Source: Azolla caroliniana
Lineage: Eukaryota; Plantae; Polypodiophyta
Direction: 5' to 3'
DNA: 64,000 nt
Assembly (NCBI GenBank): GCA_043228905.1
Contig: JBHGNT010000021.1
Span: 6,324,001 to 6,388,000 of the forward strand
Every line of letters starts with the position of its first letter. Within the stretch, counting starts at the first letter, position 1. The notes below the pieces were generated by a model. It was not told where the DNA came from. It was given only the letters and a program-made list of their open reading frames with translations, and searched no databases. The translations under genes were made by a program, and so were the position numbers. Shown here in pieces: positions 49,801 through 63,300 of this stretch.

Positions 49801-51690
49801 GTGAGGAGAAGAAGGCAAGAAGACAAGATAGATGTGACGTTGTCACGAAAATAATTTTATTTGTAAAACTCCACTTACAATATTTGTTTGCTAACAGGTT
49901 ATTTGGCAAGACTCAAACTTAGCTCCTCTACTTTCTTTGAAGTAAGGCTTAACCACTTCAACACTTTTCTTTGTCTATTGACTTAACTTTCTTTCTCTTT
50001 ATATTTACTATTTTATTTTACAAAATTTGTGGAAGTTATTTTGGGAGGATTCAAACTCACAAGCAACCTCTATTTGCAAAGGGGCATTTAAGATAGGCCA
50101 CTTCAACTTCTTCATTTTCTTACTTTCTTTTCCTTTTCTTTAATTTTTGTTTTGTCTTCAATAGGCCATCATCTTCTTGAGCGACCTCTGCATCTTGCAC
50201 CCCCGCGACCTTCTTCACTCGCTTTCTCTTCTCTGTCCTTTCCTCCATTCTCCTCCCCATTTAGTCACCATGGGAGTAGCTTTTATAGGGGGTCAACCGC
50301 CCAACCACTCTCCTTGAGGCGGTTGACAAACCACCTCATGCATGGGCCGTTTTATTTATTTTTATTTTTATTTTATTTTATTTATTTATAAATTTTATTT
50401 CATTGTGGTGTGCATGTGTTCCTTTGTGCCACCCTTTTAACACACCCTTTTTAGCCTGCATGTACCTAAGCCAACCCACCATTTTTGCACACCCTTTTTA
50501 GTACGCATGTAGCTAAGCCAACCCAAATGGGTACTTTTGTATCAACTATAAATTGAGCACGAAGTAAGAAGCTAAGTAGGTTGGTTTTGATCTATTATGT
50601 GCATTTCACATTATATTTTTACAATGAAGAAATTACAAAATGACCCTCATTTAATTTCAAACTCCCCCTTTTGATATAATTACATTTGTGTCCTGAGTGA
50701 TCTTGAAGGTAACATTGATCCTTCCGAACGCTATATCTTGGGCTTCCACATGCCGATTCACAAACAAAAAATTCCCACATGCTCCTGGTCACAAGCTCTA
50801 TATAGAAAATGTACTTCTAAATATTTTTAACATTGTTTCGATATCTTGAAGCCTCAACTTCACGACAACGTCGTGCACCCTACATGTTGTGTACCTATTC
50901 ATTAGATAAACAACCATGTTTGCCGCCTCAACCCAATGCGACTTCGGCAGAATTTGATTCTTCTCGTTCATCATTGCCCTTACTACCTCTAATATATGTC
51001 GATTCTTTCGTTCGTTTACTCCGTTTTGTTGAGGTGTGTGTTGGCAAGTAAATTCTCGTCGAATTCCTTCCTTCCGGAGATAGGCTATTGTTTTTAAAAT
51101 TCTAGAAGTGTGAGAACACTTCACTCTTCTGCCGCATCAGATAAACCCAGGTATGCCTGGAGAAGTCGTCGATGTTCGTGACATAGTATCGGCATCCACC
51201 GAATGTGGCCGTTTGAGCTGGTCCCCACACATTAGAGTGGAAGATATCCATCATGCCTTTGCTTACGTTCCTCTCTTTCGGGAATGGTTGTCAGTGTTGT
51301 TTGCCGAATTGGCAGGCTTCACATACACCTGCAATCTCCTTCTCTGTAAAAGTCGGGAGTCTGATGATGACTCCTTTCGATTGCATGCCCTTGAGCTTCA
51401 GGAGATTGATGTGACAAATCCTTTTGTGCCATAGCTCTATGTCGGTGTCGGCTTTATGGCCCTTGGCAACCATTGCCGATTACATCTCGTGAGAATCGAG
51501 AATGAACATCTGGCCTTCTCTTCGTCCTCGAGCAATAATTCGGCCTTCTTTTTCAATGAAGCAGCCTTCATGATTGAACCGAACTTGCATGCCTTGCTCC
51601 ATGATTTGGCCAGCTGGTTGAGACCAGATTCTTCGTTATAGTTGGAAATGTCATGAAGACATACATTTTGGCTTACAAGGATTCGAACCC
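46870..51690 (-). mobile_element. 5'-truncated, degenerate Ty1/copia
   Basis: LTR TGTTAAGAATC...GATTCTCAACA at 46870-47373, PPT, then RNase H, RT (MDVKNV, YKARLVAKGY), integrase (PQQNGVNERKNRH) and GAG-pre-integrase (LWHKRICH...CEACQFGKQH). Confidence 0.88.
49730..50867. mobile_element. Non-coding insertion (solo-LTR-like) with TGTCGT...ACGACA ends and a 4-bp ACGT TSD
   Basis: Removing it restores the Copia integrase frame VHDV|ALHKKF; termini are short inverted repeats. Confidence 0.75.
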
Positions 51691-51956
51691 ACAACGTCTT
51701 GTTCTATGCATTAGACCTTTGGCTTTTTCTATTGATAGCATCATAGCAAAAAACAAAAGAGCATTTTTCCAGCTTGTTGTATTGATAGCAGAAACAGAGT
51801 ATTATTACTTGTTGTATTGATAGCAGAAAACTGCTTGTATTTTCTTCTCTGGAATGGGAACTCGAGTATTCTCTTCCTCTTTTCCATTCTTTCTTTTGCC
51901 AAAAAGCTTGGGCCTAATACAACAAATGCACTAGGTGGGTTCTTGATTCTGTAACT

Positions 51957-54900
51957 ATGGAGCTGGTAAGTTCACTCACCATCTCCCCAGTTTTTTTCTT
52001 TCCATGTCTTAAACATCTCATGTGCTCTAGATAAACTCTGTTTCTCCTGTTATGCTATGGTATTGATGATGACAACCTTGTCATTTGCTTTAGACATGTT
52101 TGGGGAAGGAAGGAAAAGGAAGAAAAAGAGGACCGTCATGCCATCTCCTGCAAGTCTCAGGAGTGAATTTTCTTCTAGAATGTCCAATAGACATGTCTAT
52201 GCTTCTTTACTTCTGCCCTGTATCCACTGAGATGGAAATGATGATGAATCATAATAAAGAAAGAAGTGATTCCTCGGAAAGACAGGATAAATCAAATAGA
52301 TCAAACTTTTCCCATGAAGAAGACGTGGATAAGAATGAGAATGTAAAAAAGCAAAAAATTGCATCATCAGGTATGCATGGTTCTATGCATATGGATGATC
52401 AACTCTACTCAAAGCATATGAAAGGGTTCAGAAATGATCATATTCACAAGGATGTATGCGACATTTCAGCAGATTCCCACATATATACCAAAACAGTTGA
52501 TTTGCATTCTTTCTTGGAGGAAGAGCCATGGTACATGACTTCAGAATTCAGTTTAGTAGATGTATCATGTATTGATGTAGTTCTTATATCAAATCCTCAA
52601 GGCATGCTTGGCTTGCCTTTCCTAACTGGTATGAAGGGTTTTTCAGGAAAGGTACGTTTCATGATTTTTTTTCGCATGAAATACTTTTATGTTTTGGCAT
52701 GAAGGACTTTTGGGAAAAAGATATGAATCTTACATGATTTTTTCTGCAAAGTTATTGCTTCTATTTTATTATGAAAATTAACATTTAATGGTTAATGTTT
52801 GTGACATGAAAAATGCTTTTTGATTTTTGTTTGTGGCAAGGGGCATAGAAATGGGATGTCAAATTGTTAACCAATGGGTAGTGCTGATAAAATGTTCATC
52901 ATTCAGTTGCACATTCTTGACATATATAGATCGTTTTAACATATATGGCTCTCACGATAGCTATGTTTACCCCATGACCTTTGGTGACATATAGGTTTCC
53001 AATTTGATTAAATGGTGTACTGTTTTGTTTGATGAACTACAGATATATGCAACAACTGTTACAGCAAAATTGGGTCAACTTATGATGGAGGAGCTTGTAT
53101 CTGTGCATGGAGAGTATGTACAAAGTTTCAGAAGATCACCAGTGACCTCCAAAACCCCATTTTGGTTAAAATCACCAATATTTGATACACTTCCTAAAAG
53201 CTTGCAAAAAGCATTTGAAGATGACAATGGTGTTGGTAGGCTAAATTGGCACAAACTTTATGGGTAAAACTTTATTTAGTTCTTGCTTTCAATACCTGTA
53301 ATTATATATTTTGTAATGTTCAAGTTTTAATATGAAAATGTGAATGAAATTATAATGTCACTCACACAGAAGGAACAAGGATGCAATTATCATTCTGAAT
53401 GGAAGGATATAAACTATACATGTTCCATACCTTTTTTATTTCTTGAAGTTGTATATAATCACCATACATTAGCACTGTAGGTGCATCAAATCTACAAGCA
53501 TCACGTTAAGTCTCTTATGTTATGATTTCAATGTCTACATTCTTTATAATTACAGACATGTACCCAGTCTATCTAAAAAGAAAACGTAAGAGAGAAACCT
53601 TGAACATAATTATTACAGCTTTTATTCCTGTGGTTGATATTGCAGGAAGGTGGATATAGAAGCATGTATGAAAAAGGTGCAATGTCTCCATTATGATGAA
53701 GAGAGAAGCATTTATGACTGTGTTTGCATAAAACCTTGCAGTTCAGGATTTGAACTTGGGTCTTCAAATTGGGTCATTACAGGAACAAGATGTCTCTCAT
53801 ACTTTTCAGCATCCGGTCTCATATCCGAACATGCCATGGGCCTAAATGTAGCGTCACACGTTTCTAGTGACATATTGCTCTTTGGTGACTTGGAGAGTTC
53901 CACTTATGAGGAAAAGAAGTTGGTAAATGAAGTGATGGAGAGTGAAAAGGTTATAGAGGTATCAGAAATGATTAGGCAGGAGAATAAAGTAAGTAATACT
54001 TTCAAGAATTGTGACGAGTTATCATCGGTTTGTGAGGCTGCATTGAATGCTGTTAAATCTGGAGGCTCTGTTTTGATGGCAAACTCTGGATTCGGTGCAT
54101 CACTGCAACTTTTAGAGGTCATTTCTCAAGCATTGCACACCTCAAAATTGGAGTAAGGATTATACACAGAAAATAGCCATCTACATACTATTGTTTTTAG
54201 GATAAAGCACTAGAATACCTCCTAAGGATTTGGATATTTAGTAGAATAGCCCTAGGTTTGCAGGAAGCACAAGAATACTCCGTCTGCTGGTAAGTAATGA
54301 TGTGAACTATACAATTTGGAGGTGCTCTTGTAATTTTTGAAAACTTAGCGCTATTCTGGTAATTACCCAAATATGCTAGGAATATTTCACTGCTTTTCCT
54401 TCTTTTTTTTGTCTTTTGTAATGGGCATCAAAGGTACATTCCTTATGTTTTTGGTTTTTCTGGGTATTCGTGAAAGGCACATTCCGATATTCTTTGTTGC
54501 ATCAGTTGCTGAGGAGCTTCTAGTATATACCAATACTGTGCCAGAGTGGCTCTGTACTGCAAGGCAGGAAAAGGTTCAGTATGAAAATGAAAAGTGTGAA
54601 GTCATGCCAAGGTCTTTCATGTGGAATCATAATGAAAAATCTTCCCAAACAGTTATATGCAGGAGAGGCACTCTTTGGGCATGTAGAGCTACTGAAAACT
54701 AAGCGATTATATCAAATATCCTCACTTCACTCACCAGAATCAGTGTGCGGTTTTTTTTCCATCTTTCTGGTTAATTTGTTAATATTCAACCCTTAACTGT
54801 TAATGTCTTTAAATGAGTTTTATTACCAAGGAGCACTTTTTATTTATTTGCTGGCTTTGTAGGAGGCTGTGGAAGGAGCCTTGCATTGTCTTTGCAATGG

Positions 54901-56127
54901 ATTGGGGTCTGAGGATGGGTGCAAGTGTACATTTGTTGTATAAATGGAGGAAAGATGCTCGTTGCCTTCTTGTATTGACACGGGTTTGTACTCGTGTTTT
55001 TCGGCATAATGTTCTTGGTTATTATTGTATTTAGTGCTGATTTTTATAAGGGATTTTCTTGAAGAAAATGGACGGAAATATTATATAGCTCATTGCTTTA
55101 CATATGTTTATGCTTAACTGCATTCTGATTCAACTATTTGGATAATGTGAAATTTATGTGCTTCTAGATGCTGGTCCTTTGTTCTGTTTTTGTATGTAGC
55201 CAAATGTTTGTAAAACAGCATGGATGTAACCAAATGATATTAGATGTTTAATTTCTAATCTTGCAGGGCATCGAAGATATGGAACTTGCCTTGATTCCTT
55301 TTCAGCCAATAAAGATGAAGGTTTTGGTTTATGTCAAGGCTCAGAGGCTCCGGTAATAATTTCAAAATATACTTCATTCTTTATGGTTGATTGATCAAGC
55401 ATATAGTAACTAAGAAATTCTTCCCTTTAGCAGAAGGGCTGAAGTAGCAGCAATTATAGAAAAGCTGAAGCCAGAGTTGTCTTTGGTAATTTTCAAATTT
55501 TAATGGTTTTAAAGACTTTCAAATTGTCGGTTACTCTTAAAAAAGGAGAAATTTCGAATAAATGCATGGCAGTTTCCAGAGAGCATGAAGGATGAATTTG
55601 AAGCATTATCAAATGGGAAACCTATGTGTTCGGGGGGTAATATTGGACTCTACAAAAATTGGGATGTGTTGACTATACCTTTGCCTAAGAGGATCAAGGT
55701 GAACATGTCAGCGGATTTGGCTCGTGATTTCAACCCTAAACAGCTAGATTCCGGAATTGCACTTGGTCGCATGATGATGAACTTGAAACAGAAGAATGGC
55801 AGTTGGTGGTTGGAGTTACCTGAACGTTCTATGATTTACCGATCCAGCCACTCACTGCTATCTTCTTCCAAAGAAAATATTTGTTGGGGATCAATGAGAA
55901 TCGAAGATCTTCTCAATGCATTAAGGGAACGTGGTCTCCATTGCAGTGAAACACAAGATGATGATATCAGGGCAAGCTCTACACCACATGATTACTCTAT
56001 ATTTATTACCTCACCCTCACATGCCCATGTGAAATTGATGAAAGATAGCACTCTGATTGAGACAGACGATCCATTGGTGCGCCAACTCATTGTCGATGCC
56101 CTAAAAAACCTTCTAAATTTCTTATAG
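51957..56127 (+). CDS. INTS9: Integrator complex subunit 9 (metallo-beta-lactamase/beta-CASP fold), multi-exon
   Basis: Spliced start MEL|TCLGK...CHLLQVSGVNFLLECPID, IDVVLISNPQGMLGLPFLT, IYATTVTAKLGQLMMEELV, SSGFELGSSNW, AEELLVYTNTVPEWL, WKEPCIVF; ~10 GT-AG exons. Confidence 0.9.
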
Positions 56128-57129
56128 CCCCCAACTTTGTGTATAATGGACATAAAAGCTATTGTTAGCAGTGATGGCGTCCAACTATGTGATGTGTTAA
56201 ATACGTATTGAAATGTTTGGTTTTCAAATTTTCTTGTACCATTTTGTCTTTCTTTTTGTGCAGCACTAGATAATTCAAAATCATCTTGTTGTGTTGCTGA
56301 CTTTCATGTATGTGGTTTTGCTTTTATAACACAATCTTGTTTAATGATGTGATCCAATCTTGTCTTGCTAACCATCACATTATTGTCCATTGCCGATCTT
56401 GCCAAACACTTAAAGAGAAACCTTGCAGGAAGTAGAGCTCTTATTCGCTCAAGAGCGTTGCTATCTTTAATAGGTACATGATTATGTCTGACCAGTGATT
56501 GTAGCTTATGTTTCAGGAGCTGAATATTTGTAGCATGTATCGTAGTGTGTGAGTTGCGTGAGCTGGGATGGATTGTCTTTGGCCAATACCAGCATTTGCT
56601 AGGGTAGGTTGTTTTCTTCACAAAATGTTGACTGTATATGCATGACAATACAAATTCTCATCATAGGAGCTCATGGTATACATTTTACATTTCAGGGAAA
56701 GTTCAATCCAATAATTTGATATTGTCAAAAAGATCAATGTACTTCTGTAATTAGGATGTGTAGATGAGAGATAATTGGTCTTCAACTTGCGACAATTGGT
56801 CAAACTTGACATGACTATGTACTCTCTACAATAAGCAATGAAATGTTTGTAGATATTGGGTATGATTCTTTTCAAGGATATCACATTTTCCAAAACGGTA
56901 CTTCTAGCAAACCATATTGGAGGAAACAAGAAAGTTAATAATGGCATTCATGATACTTGTAATGCAAACATATTGGATACATTAAAATAAACAATGTTAA
57001 TGCCAAATTGCCAATGATACTATTTGTATGCAGGCAATAACATAAAGATATTAGTAATTAGTGCCTGTCAAATGAAATCATGCATCACATGAGATTGCAG
57101 CACGGATTGTAGTGATTTCACAAAAGATG

Positions 57130-58210
57130 AGATAGAGACAATCACATCTCATTTATCTAATGAAATAGTCCTAGCTAGAATGAATTAATGAAGGTATTTT
57201 TAAGTATGTGTTTGAGGTGAAACAACCTCCCAACCTCCCATGAGACTTTTTCAACATGTTCGGAGTTCGGTTTATTTGAATTCTTGGAAGACTGGCTTAA
57301 TATAGTTTATGGTTGGGCACAATATTTTGTATAATGTTCTAAATGCACAAATGGCCATGGGCTTTGTAAAAGAGACTATATGAGAGTTAGTGTTGTAAAA
57401 TTAGATTTGGAAAAAACATATGATAATGTAAACTCGTTTGTAATGAAGCTCATGTTTATTGTGGAATTCAATGAAAGGATGTCAAGGTTGATATATATTA
57501 TGGGGAAGCAACCAATGCTTCATATACCACTTAAGATAGGTGCATCCCAATTCATTCCACTTACGAAATTCATGAGGCAAGGGTGCTCAGTAAGTCCCTT
57601 TCTATAATAAATTGTTCCACATCCTATATGACAATGTTGCATAATATAGAAGGGTGGGAGATTTAGTTGGCTATCACTATCTTCAAAAGATCCCTTAAGA
57701 AAACATTGAGGCAAAGGTGCTTGGTTAGTCCCTTACAAGTTACATTTTGCAATTGTTGCACATCCTATTATGACAATGTGGCATAATATGGCACGTGTTG
57801 GAGCGTTGGAGATTTGGTTGGGTTATTGCTACATTCAAGAGATCCTTGCATGGACAAGCTTTGGTGGATGACCGTTTCATGTTTTGGGTGCCACACAATG
57901 AAAATATTTGATAGATCCTCATGGTACAATTTGTTGACATTTAGGATACGAAACTTTCAAAATGTGAACTTCATTTAGTGAACATCCTAAAAGATTGAGG
58001 CCAAATTTATGTATTAGAAGACACAAGCATGGTTGCTTTATATTCGAGTTAAAGTTGTACAATCAATAATTATTTCAATGGTGTCACATTATTTGCGGCT
58101 ATTAGCATGATTCATGAAGGTTATTGATAGGTTGGTAGCTTCAATGCATGTTCTATTATGGAGAAATAATGGAAATTTGGGCCTTATATGAATGGCATGG
58201 AAGAAAATAT
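57130..58210 (+). pseudogene. Very degenerate LINE RT fragment
   Basis: VVKLDLEKTYDNV and MRQGCSVSPFL; boundaries approximate. Confidence 0.65.
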
Positions 58211-58212
58211 CT

Positions 58213-58390
58213 TGTGAAATGCACATAATAGATCAAAACCAGCCTACTTAACTTATTACTTCTTGCTCGATTTATAGTCAATACAAAGGTACCCATTTGG
58301 GTTGGCTTAGCTACATGTGTGCTAAAAAGGATGGGTTGCCTTAGCTACATGCATGCTAAAAAGAAGGAACACATGCACACCACAATATAC
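58213..58390 (-). repeat. Dispersed repeat, inverted copy of ~50400-50610
   Basis: TGTGAAATGCACATAATAGATCAAAACC...GTACCCATTTGGGTTGGCTTAGCTACATG is the reverse complement of sequence inside the 49730-50867 insert. Confidence 0.8.
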
Positions 58391-58941
58391 TCCGTAAAGA
58401 CTTTGGAGGATGGGAATTTTAAATATATATGAACATATGGTGGGTTGGTGTCTCATTGCCAATGGCACACGATAGGAAACCACCTCCAAAGCGAGTAAAT
58501 GATCTATTTTAAAATAAACACAAAGAGCAAGTTTCAAACTCAATACCATTCCTCTTTGATATAACTATCACTAAGATTGCGATGGCAGGAGCGCGAGCAG
58601 CAGTAGAGCGTGGAGTGGGAGCAGCAGAACAGGGCGCGCAGACATGGCGAGCAGGAGCAGGCATAGGTGCACGATGAAGAACGCGCGCGTTGTCCACCAG
58701 AGCAGGAGTAGGAGCACAACGCTAGCTGTTGTCCAGGTACTCCCACACCCACAATCCTCCCTCCCCTATCCAGAAAATGCACATTAATTAATTAATTAAA
58801 AAACACACAAAACAAAGGGGGAAGGGAAGACCAACATAGACAGCCTCGCAAGACACATAACTTGCTATGGAGGGAGGAATCAAGCTTCCACCAGCGCCCA
58901 TTTAGCTCGATGAAGAAGGTGGATCAGATCTCGACATTACG

Positions 58942-60333
58942 TTGTCCCCTGAGGCCAACCGTTTCTTATCGGAGGAAATCGAACGTCTATGGCGTACCTC
59001 CTTCGTATGTAGGTTTCTGGCAGGTAGACCAAGTCGGGGCATGGTTCGGGACATGTTCCAGGTGGCTGTGATGGAGAACATGCTTGTGATCAAGAGTGTC
59101 AGGGGTTTAGGGAAAAACTTCTTCCACATCGAATTAGGTAATGGCTCGCTGGCGCAACCATTGGTCGAGCTCAAGGTACTCGAACTGAAGTACGGCAAGG
59201 TGTTGCTCCAGCCATGGTCACCAGGGTTCAATCCGATTGAAGAGTTACGGAAACTCAACAACCCTAGGGTGATCATCGCAACATTTCCCGGCCTCCCTCC
59301 CCATTTGTGCCATCTGCTCCCTCTTTTTGGCGAACAAATAGGGATGATATGTCCTCAAAAAGTGTCAATGGTAGACACAGTTGCGGAGGTGCCCAAGTTG
59401 CGCATCTTGGTGCCTTCCCTCCATGGACTTCCATCAAGGATTAGACTCTACTCTGAGGAGCTAGGTCTCACAGTGGTGAAAGTGGTTTATGAGGGACTCC
59501 CAGGGCAGTGTTTCATTTGCAAACAGACAAGACACCTAGCTAAGGCGTGTCCTCGCAAGACTGGAAAGGGAAGCTCGGGACCTCGACCCTCGGGCAAAGT
59601 CGGGACAACCAAGGGTGACAAGGCTCCTTGGATACCCGTTAAGAAGAAGGGGAAACTTGGAGGCCTAGGTGCATCCTCTTTCACCCTTTTTCGTGATCAC
59701 CCCTTTGAAATAAGTCCTGCTACCTTGTCACCAGCAAGCGCGGACAAGCAACCCTTGAAACGAGTAAAGATCCTCTCCAGGAGTGCCGATGCACCCGACG
59801 TACAGGTGAGAGCTACCAACAGATTTACACTTCTTCAAGGGTTAGGGGATGGCGACCCAGCGTTGGCAGCAATGTTGTCCCCATGCGACTCCTCATGCCT
59901 TCCCCCACGAGAGCCTGAACTTGTGTTCTCTACCCCGATGGAGATGCAACCCCAACTTGTACCTTCCATCCCGGAAGAGAAGTTGGCAAAGGCCCCCCTC
60001 CCGCTGGAACGTGAATGTGGTAGTGGCCTCAGATTAGTGAAATCGTGGATCCAGACGGGCAAGCTCAAGGACAAGGGAAAGGGTAAGATAGGCCGACGAA
60101 CACCTGGTTTGGCGACGACTCTCTTAAATAGAGGGATGCAAGAGGTGCCACCGCTTCGGAGCACAAATGTATCGCGGGATCTATTTGAAGTGAGTCGGGA
60201 ACGACCGGCTAAGAATCCCGCAAGGGATTTGCAGCCTGCTGTGGAAACCATACCCCCCGAAATAGGTGTTAGGTTGCCCCATAACATGGGGATCGGCCCT
60301 AACATGGGTGTCAACGTCACCGCTTTCGGATGA
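58942..60333 (+). CDS. LINE ORF1 (RRM/DUF4283-like plus CCHC zinc knuckle)
   Basis: LGKNFFHIE, LLQPWSPGFNP, FPGLPPHL, YEGLPGQCFICKQTRHLAKAC; start codon uncertain. Confidence 0.8.
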   Translation: MSPEANRFLSEEIERLWRTSFVCRFLAGRPSRGMVRDMFQVAVMENMLVIKSVRGLGKNFFHIELGNGSLAQPLVELKVLELKYGKVLLQPWSPGFNPIEELRKLNNPRVIIATFPGLPPHLCHLLPLFGEQIGMICPQKVSMVDTVAEVPKLRILVPSLHGLPSRIRLYSEELGLTVVKVVYEGLPGQCFICKQTRHLAKACPRKTGKGSSGPRPSGKVGTTKGDKAPWIPVKKKGKLGGLGASSFTLFRDHPFEISPATLSPASADKQPLKRVKILSRSADAPDVQVRATNRFTLLQGLGDGDPALAAMLSPCDSSCLPPREPELVFSTPMEMQPQLVPSIPEEKLAKAPLPLERECGSGLRLVKSWIQTGKLKDKGKGKIGRRTPGLATTLLNRGMQEVPPLRSTNVSRDLFEVSRERPAKNPARDLQPAVETIPPEIGVRLPHNMGIGPNMGVNVTAFG

Positions 60334-60399
60334 GGATCCTAACGTGGAATGTACAGGGCCTTGGTGGAGGCCGACAACACAAAGAGTGCAGAAGATTTC

Positions 60400-63300
60400 A
60401 GGAGGAGCTGAATCCCCTAACTCAGCCCCCGAGAGAGAAATCTTTTGGAGAATGTTAGCGACAACATTACCTGATGCCGAGGCTTGGGTAATGGCAGGTG
60501 ATTTCAACATGACTGAACACCTGGGAGATAGGAAAGGAGGGACCCAGAGGCCTATTTATGGTGCGGAGCTGGATTCATGGGCTTTCCTAATTGGCAAAAT
60601 CGGGGTGAAGGATACATGGGGATCTTCCCTTAGGAGAAGCTCACATTCGCTGCACTTTTCCAGAGCCACCGGGAATGCTAGGGGCGGTAGTCTTGCACGG
60701 CTAGATCGCATATACATAAGCTCATCCCTCGAAGAGCTTGGGGGCTCCTTTGCTATCTTGGTAGGTCTTACCTTTTCAGATCATCAGCCGATGAGACTAG
60801 ACCTTAACCCACCCAACGATAGCAAGGGCAGTCTCAATGTGAAGATCCCCACAAAGATCATGAAGAGTGAAGAGGTGAAGGCCGGTTTACAAAGTATATG
60901 GCAGGACACCATGGGCAGTGAATCAGCCATCGAAGATTTGCAAAAAAAATTGGCCCTCTCCTCCTCCTTCTTACAACAGGAGACCAAGCGCGCCCTCCAA
61001 CAGGTTAGAGCCATTGAAACAAAATTAAGGAAGGCCGTTGCGGCAGCGCAACGGCTGCTATAGGTAGACCCTGGCTGCACTTGGTCTAGAGCTAAGGTGG
61101 AGGAAGCAAAGATGAAGGTACAGGAAAGGAATTCGGAGAAGAACTGAATGTTGTTTCGAAGAAACGCAGCATGGTGGGCTAGAAAAGACGACAAGGTCAA
61201 CCGACATTTCTTTCACTACAAGGCACCCAAGGGTGGTGGTGGACGTATACAAGGGTTGTGAAAACCAAACGGCTCGATAACGGAGGACAAGACTGAGATT
61301 CTGGAAATGGCAACACAATATTATCATGACCTCCTCGCACCTATGCATGTGAGGCAACACACGGAGCTGGTTGATCGAGTGATGTCTTGCATTCACCCCA
61401 AGGTAACCCAGGGATGGAAGTTGTGCTCGATATCCCCATCTCTCGTTTAGAACTCTCGGAGGCGCTTAGGGGATTGCGAAGGGGTGGATGCCCCGGCCCC
61501 GATGGTCTCTCACGAGATTTCTTCGAGATTCATTGGGAATGTGTTATCCCGTCTTTGGAAGCCAGAGTTCAAGAGATTTGGTCCTCAAGAAAGATGCCAA
61601 TTGGTTTGGCTGAGGGGATGATATATCTCATCCCCAAAGCGTCAGAGCGAAGCCTAGAGTTGCGCCAGTGGCGTCCAATCATGATCCTTAACACGGCATA
61701 CAAGATACTCGCTAAAGTCCTAGCTCAGCGTTTAGCAAGCTTCTTACCGAACATCATACATGACAATCAAACTGGATTTGTCAAGAACAGGTGTATCTTT
61801 GATAATGTGTTGCTTCTTTGGGAAGCTATGACATGGGCCGACCGCTCCGTATCGAGCTCAACTATTCTGATGTTAGACTTTGAGAAGGCCTACGACAAGG
61901 TGTTATGGCCCTTTTTGGAAAATGTGATGAGAGCTTTGGGCCTACCTCAAAAATGGAGGAATTGCACTTCTGCACTCTATCGAACAACTACGAGTAGTGT
62001 GCTGATGGTTGGTTCTAGGAGACCCGCCTTCCAACTACAACGCTCAGTGAGGCAAGGTTGTCCCCTAGCCCCATATCTCTATCTCTTTGTAACCGAGGCT
62101 TTCTCCGCCTACTTACAAGCACCAACCAGCGGGCTGCGGGGATTGCCCATCCCCAATGCGACTGAAGATTTGCTGTTATCTGAATATGCCAACGATACGG
62201 TTCTTTTCTTGCAAGGTGATGAGGAGAATTTGCAGCGGGCTAAACATCTTGTTGAGGACTTTTGTCAAGCGGCTGGTACCAAGATCAATTGGAATAAAAC
62301 CCAAGGCCTATGGTTCAACGAACAAGAGAAACCAAGATGGCAACCCCATGCCGATTTTATGTGGGTCCCTAATGGGACAACGTTCAAGTACCTTGGATTT
62401 ACGATGGGGAGGTCAATCCCCAAGGGAGCGCAATTGGCCCACATACAAGCCAAAATAAATAGGAAGTTGACCCAATGGAGTAGATCTAAACTATCCTTCA
62501 TTGGTAGGATCCTTGTTTTGAACCAAGTGCTGCTCGCTACCATGTGGCACTTAGTCTCCTGCTGGATTATGGACCCTACAGGTCTGCACGCGATTAAGGC
62601 TGCCATCAGGGGGTTTATATGGTCAGGTAAGGACAACCCAAGGGTTGCTGCCAGAGTGTCATGGTGTTGGTTAACGCGGCTGCGGGCCAAAGGGGGGCTT
62701 GGCCTCATAGACCCCTTAATGCAGAGTCGTTCATTGCTGGCTAAAATGGTGGTTCGCTGCCTCCTGCCAGGTAAGGGGTGCTGGAAGGTACTACTTCACA
62801 ACAGGCTGCAAGCAGGGACTCCCAAGTATGGTAGGCCTTGGCCCGACTCCTTGAATTAGTGTTGCATGAGCAGAGTCCCACCCAAGCTAGCTTGCCATCC
62901 GGAGGACAGGGTCGCGAACTCCATCTTGTGGTCATGGTGCCATCTACGACAGCATTTGGTCAAACACACCCCGGAGACATTGACCGAATGGACTAGACAA
63001 CCACTATTCTAGAATCCTCACGTGCGAACAAGTGACGACACGATGCTAGGGAAACTTAAGGGCCTAGCATGGGGAAAGTTGGCACAAACAAGCCTCCTAT
63101 CTATAGACAATTGGAGACGCATGGTTGTTTCAGGAAGAGCCCAAGAGGACCTTTTCCCTCCCCTCAAGGGAGCTACGAAAATGTGGAGACTGATAGCTGA
63201 GGTAGTTGACAGGGTTCCGATGGGGGAGGCAAGAGAACATGCATGGTTCGGTCTCTTTGACAAGGTTGGAATGGTCGAGTCGCTAAAGGGTGTGAGCAGA

